Of a stretch of DNA of 64,000 nt, positions 61,401 to 64,000 are shown one piece after another (the stretch's first letter is position 1; every line of letters begins with the position of its first letter). The notes under the pieces are model-generated. The model was not told the DNA's origin. It did no database searches and saw only the letters and a program-made list of their open reading frames with translations. The stretch is taken from positions 6,569,047 through 6,633,046 of the forward strand of contig NC_047066.1 of assembly GCF_902459465.1 (NCBI RefSeq), given 5' to 3'. The DNA comes from Asterias rubens (taxonomy: Eukaryota). The translations under genes and the position numbers were made by a program.

Positions 61401-63969
61401 TCAGGACAGATTTTATCTTGGATTTGCCCATGTCAGCCATTTCAGGTAGAGTTTTTTGTGTCAACTTTTTATGTGATTTGCTCTTGTACAATAATCCAGC
61501 GTAATTTCGGGGGTCATCTTGTTGCCTGTCCGTTCGATCAAGACTCTTTTTGATATTTTTCCTCTGAGGTGGTTTTCCTTTTTTCAAAAGTCCATCTTTG
61601 ATTTGTTTGTCTGTCGTTAATTGTGTCACCTTTCCGGACTGTTTCAAAGAGCTGGTCTGACTCTTATCATCATGACCACCTTCATCTGATGATGTCATTA
61701 TTGCATCATCGCTGTTTTCATTTTCGTCATCACCAAGGCCCTCATCACAGCCATTTAAGCTTTGCTCACTTAAACTCCTTGACTCTCCATGTTGCTCCCC
61801 ACATGTCGATTGCTGATGGTCGTTTTTTCCATCTTCTTTAGTGTTCCTCGATTTTGTCTTTTCCCCAGTAGAAACCCCTCTGTTTTTTACTGTTTCCGCT
61901 TCAGACAACAATCCGGTCAGTTTCTGTGGCTTTTTCGCTTTTCTCTTCACCAATAGTCCACTGTTGTCTGGATCATATTCCAAACTTTCTGTCCGACTAA
62001 GACTCTTCTTTGTTTTTGGTCCCTTCGCAGATTTTCTTCCTCTCCGTAATCCAGCTTCGGTGACTTCTTTTGACTGTGTTGCTGTTGTAGTTTTTTGGAT
62101 GATGCTGCATTCACCTGAAACTCCTCTATTTTCATCATCTGGGGAATTCACAATAGTATCATCGCTATCTGAGCCACCAATGTCAGCATCAATGTCCTTG
62201 ATACCATCGTGCTCAGTTCTGTCAATGGTTGTTTGGCCATCAACATCTTCATCATCACCAAGGTTGTCGCCCTGAACAAGATTATTCTGATCACTGTTAG
62301 CATCACCATCTTCAGATTTAGCTGCCCGACTTCTTCTGTTAAGACCGCCTCTTTTGTTACTTCCTTTCTCTTTCCGATACTCACTTGTACTTTGCAGATT
62401 GGTTTTACCACAATCTTTTTTAACCTTCGTTGATTTTGTCCGTTTTCCATCACTCCTCTGCTTACGTGTCTTTAACATTTTTTGCTTGACTTGTAACGAT
62501 CCTTTCATTTCTGATTGTTTTTCTTTTTTTATTTGTGATTTGCTCTTCTTCAACAGTCTATCGTTGAGCTTAGCTGGACAATCATCTGAACTTACATAAT
62601 CTGGGATATTCAGACTTGTGTCATCGCTGTCAGAGCCACCAATGTCTTCAGTCTCATCTTTAAGAATATCTCCCTCCTCTCTGTTTTCTTTAACATTTAT
62701 TTGTGATTTGCTCTTCTTCTTCTTTAACAGTCTATCGTTGAGCTTAGCGGGACAATCATCTGAACTTACATAATCTGGGATATTCAGACTTGTGTCATCG
62801 CTGTCAGAGCCACCAATGTCTTCAGTCTCATCTTTAAGAATATCTCCCTCCTCTCTGTTTTCTTTAACATGGCCATCAAGATTTTCATCATTATCAAGTT
62901 TGTCCTCATCAGTACATTCCTTTCTTTCAACCTGACGTTCGTCACTAACATCCAGACGAAAAACTTCATCATCATGATCACTCCCATCCCTATGATCTTT
63001 CTCGTCTCTGTCAGTAGATTCAACTGCCTGACTGCTTGGCTCCTGCTGCTTATCCTTACAATCTATTTCATGATGGCTAGTTTCAAAACCTGTTTCTTTA
63101 AAGGCCTTTGATTCTGCTTGTTTCTCCTTTGCTATCATATTTTTCTCTGCCTGCTGTTTGAAAATCTTCAACATTTTACCCTTGTCAGCCAGTAACCCTG
63201 TGGGGTTCAATCGCTTCGTCGGTTTCACCTGTTCTGATTTACTCTCGTCATCATCTAAAACAATATTTGAGCTTACTTGCTTTTGTAAGACGTTTTCTTG
63301 ACTGCCTGAAGAATTTTGATCTGTATCACTATCAGAACCATTTCCACTACTACTGATATCATTCACCCTCTCACCAATGCTGACCTTCAAATGACCAGGC
63401 ATGCCATGGCTTTCTTTAGGGGTGCCAATTAAGCTTATCTCCTCACTACTTGAAAATAGTTCGTCCAGTATTCTTCTTCGATTCTTTCGGGGTGACATTC
63501 TCCTGCCATAGACCTTATTATCTGTTATGTTTCTGTGTTGTCTATCTCTGATCACGTCTTCCTCAACTAAATTTTCACTCTGACTGTCATCGGTTACGTC
63601 AAACTCTTTAGCATCGCTGTAACAATCACTCTCTGGGTCGTCTTTCAACCTAGACTCAGTTGCTTGATCAAGGATGAAGGGATTTCCATAATCTCCATCA
63701 TCAAGTTCTTCGCTCCATTCATCCCAATTGTCAATACTAGAGAGAACATCACCTTCACCACACTCACTGGCAGAAGTTCCAACTATGGTGTGGTCATTAT
63801 CTTCCTTGTCACTGATGCCAACTTCTTCAGCACTAATGCTACCTTCTTCAGCACTACTCTCATCATTATCAATGAACTCTTCCACCTCAAAGAGTTCAAG
63901 GCTGCAGTCACTGCCACTACCATCTGCAAAAAGATCTTGATTCTCTTTGTCACTTTCTCGATCACCCAA
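58425..63969 (-). CDS. Giant single coding exon (window-truncated at its 5' side) of an unidentified Lys/Ser/Asp/Glu-rich low-complexity protein. It carries acidic serine clusters (GGSDSDDT), internal tandem duplications, and two copies of the motif GLLxDKGKxLxIFKQxA.
   Basis: Uninterrupted 1860-codon minus ORF. Ends at consensus donor AACAG|gtaagtgg (58424..58423). No stop in about 5.5 kb despite AT-rich DNA. Confidence 0.8.
59297..61648. repeat. Two tandem, in-frame copies of a 1176-bp (392-codon) unit inside the giant coding exon (59297..60472 and 60473..61648), about 99% identical.
   Basis: Direct comparison of the two blocks shows fewer than 15 substitutions. The period is exactly 1176 bp. 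Confidence 0.85.
62531..62870. repeat. Two tandem copies of an about 170-bp coding unit (VKENREEGDILKDETEDIGGSDSDDTSLNIPDYVSSDDCPAKLNDRLLKK...) inside the same exon.
   Basis: Near-identical DNA blocks 62531..62696 and 62697..62870. Confidence 0.8.
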
Positions 63970-64000
63970 GCCATCATGGACTAGAGAAACACTAATGTTA

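Overview
This window is eukaryotic (metazoan) DNA, intron-rich and dense in MITEs and SINE-like repeats. No prokaryotic features, CRISPR arrays or rRNA genes were seen. Coordinates marked 'approx' were read by eye and may be off by about 10 bp.

- **Domino-type ATPase gene (minus strand, about 739..49222):** a single multi-exon SWR1/INO80-class chromatin-remodeller gene of the SRCAP/EP400 (Drosophila domino) family, running from high to low coordinates. The recognisable parts are:
  - an N-terminal Q-rich region plus an EP400_N-like motif;
  - an HSA domain;
  - SNF2 ATPase lobes 1 and 2;
  - a 4 kb SRCAP-type terminal exon (15168..19181) ending in an AT-hook (KRGRGRPRK);
  - about 5-14 kb further 3', at least ten more co-linear exons encoding an EP400-type SANT domain and poly-Q/poly-A tail.
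  Only one helicase core is present and all exon phases are compatible, so the locus most plausibly makes SRCAP-like and EP400-like isoforms by alternative 3' processing, as Drosophila domino does.
- **Low-complexity protein gene (minus strand, 57630..63969):** one 5.5 kb exon plus a short 3' exon encode an unidentified protein of at least 1860 aa, rich in Lys/Ser/Asp/Glu. It contains a 1176-bp in-frame tandem duplication that is about 99% identical, and its last codons and stop lie inside a MITE terminal inverted repeat.
- **Intergenic region (49.3-57.6 kb):** CCAAT/CRE/TATA promoter-like modules and many short hairpin (inverted-repeat) elements.
- **Repeats:** a LINE reverse-transcriptase fragment nested inside a MITE, at least five interspersed repeat families, and a tRNA-derived SINE-like segment.
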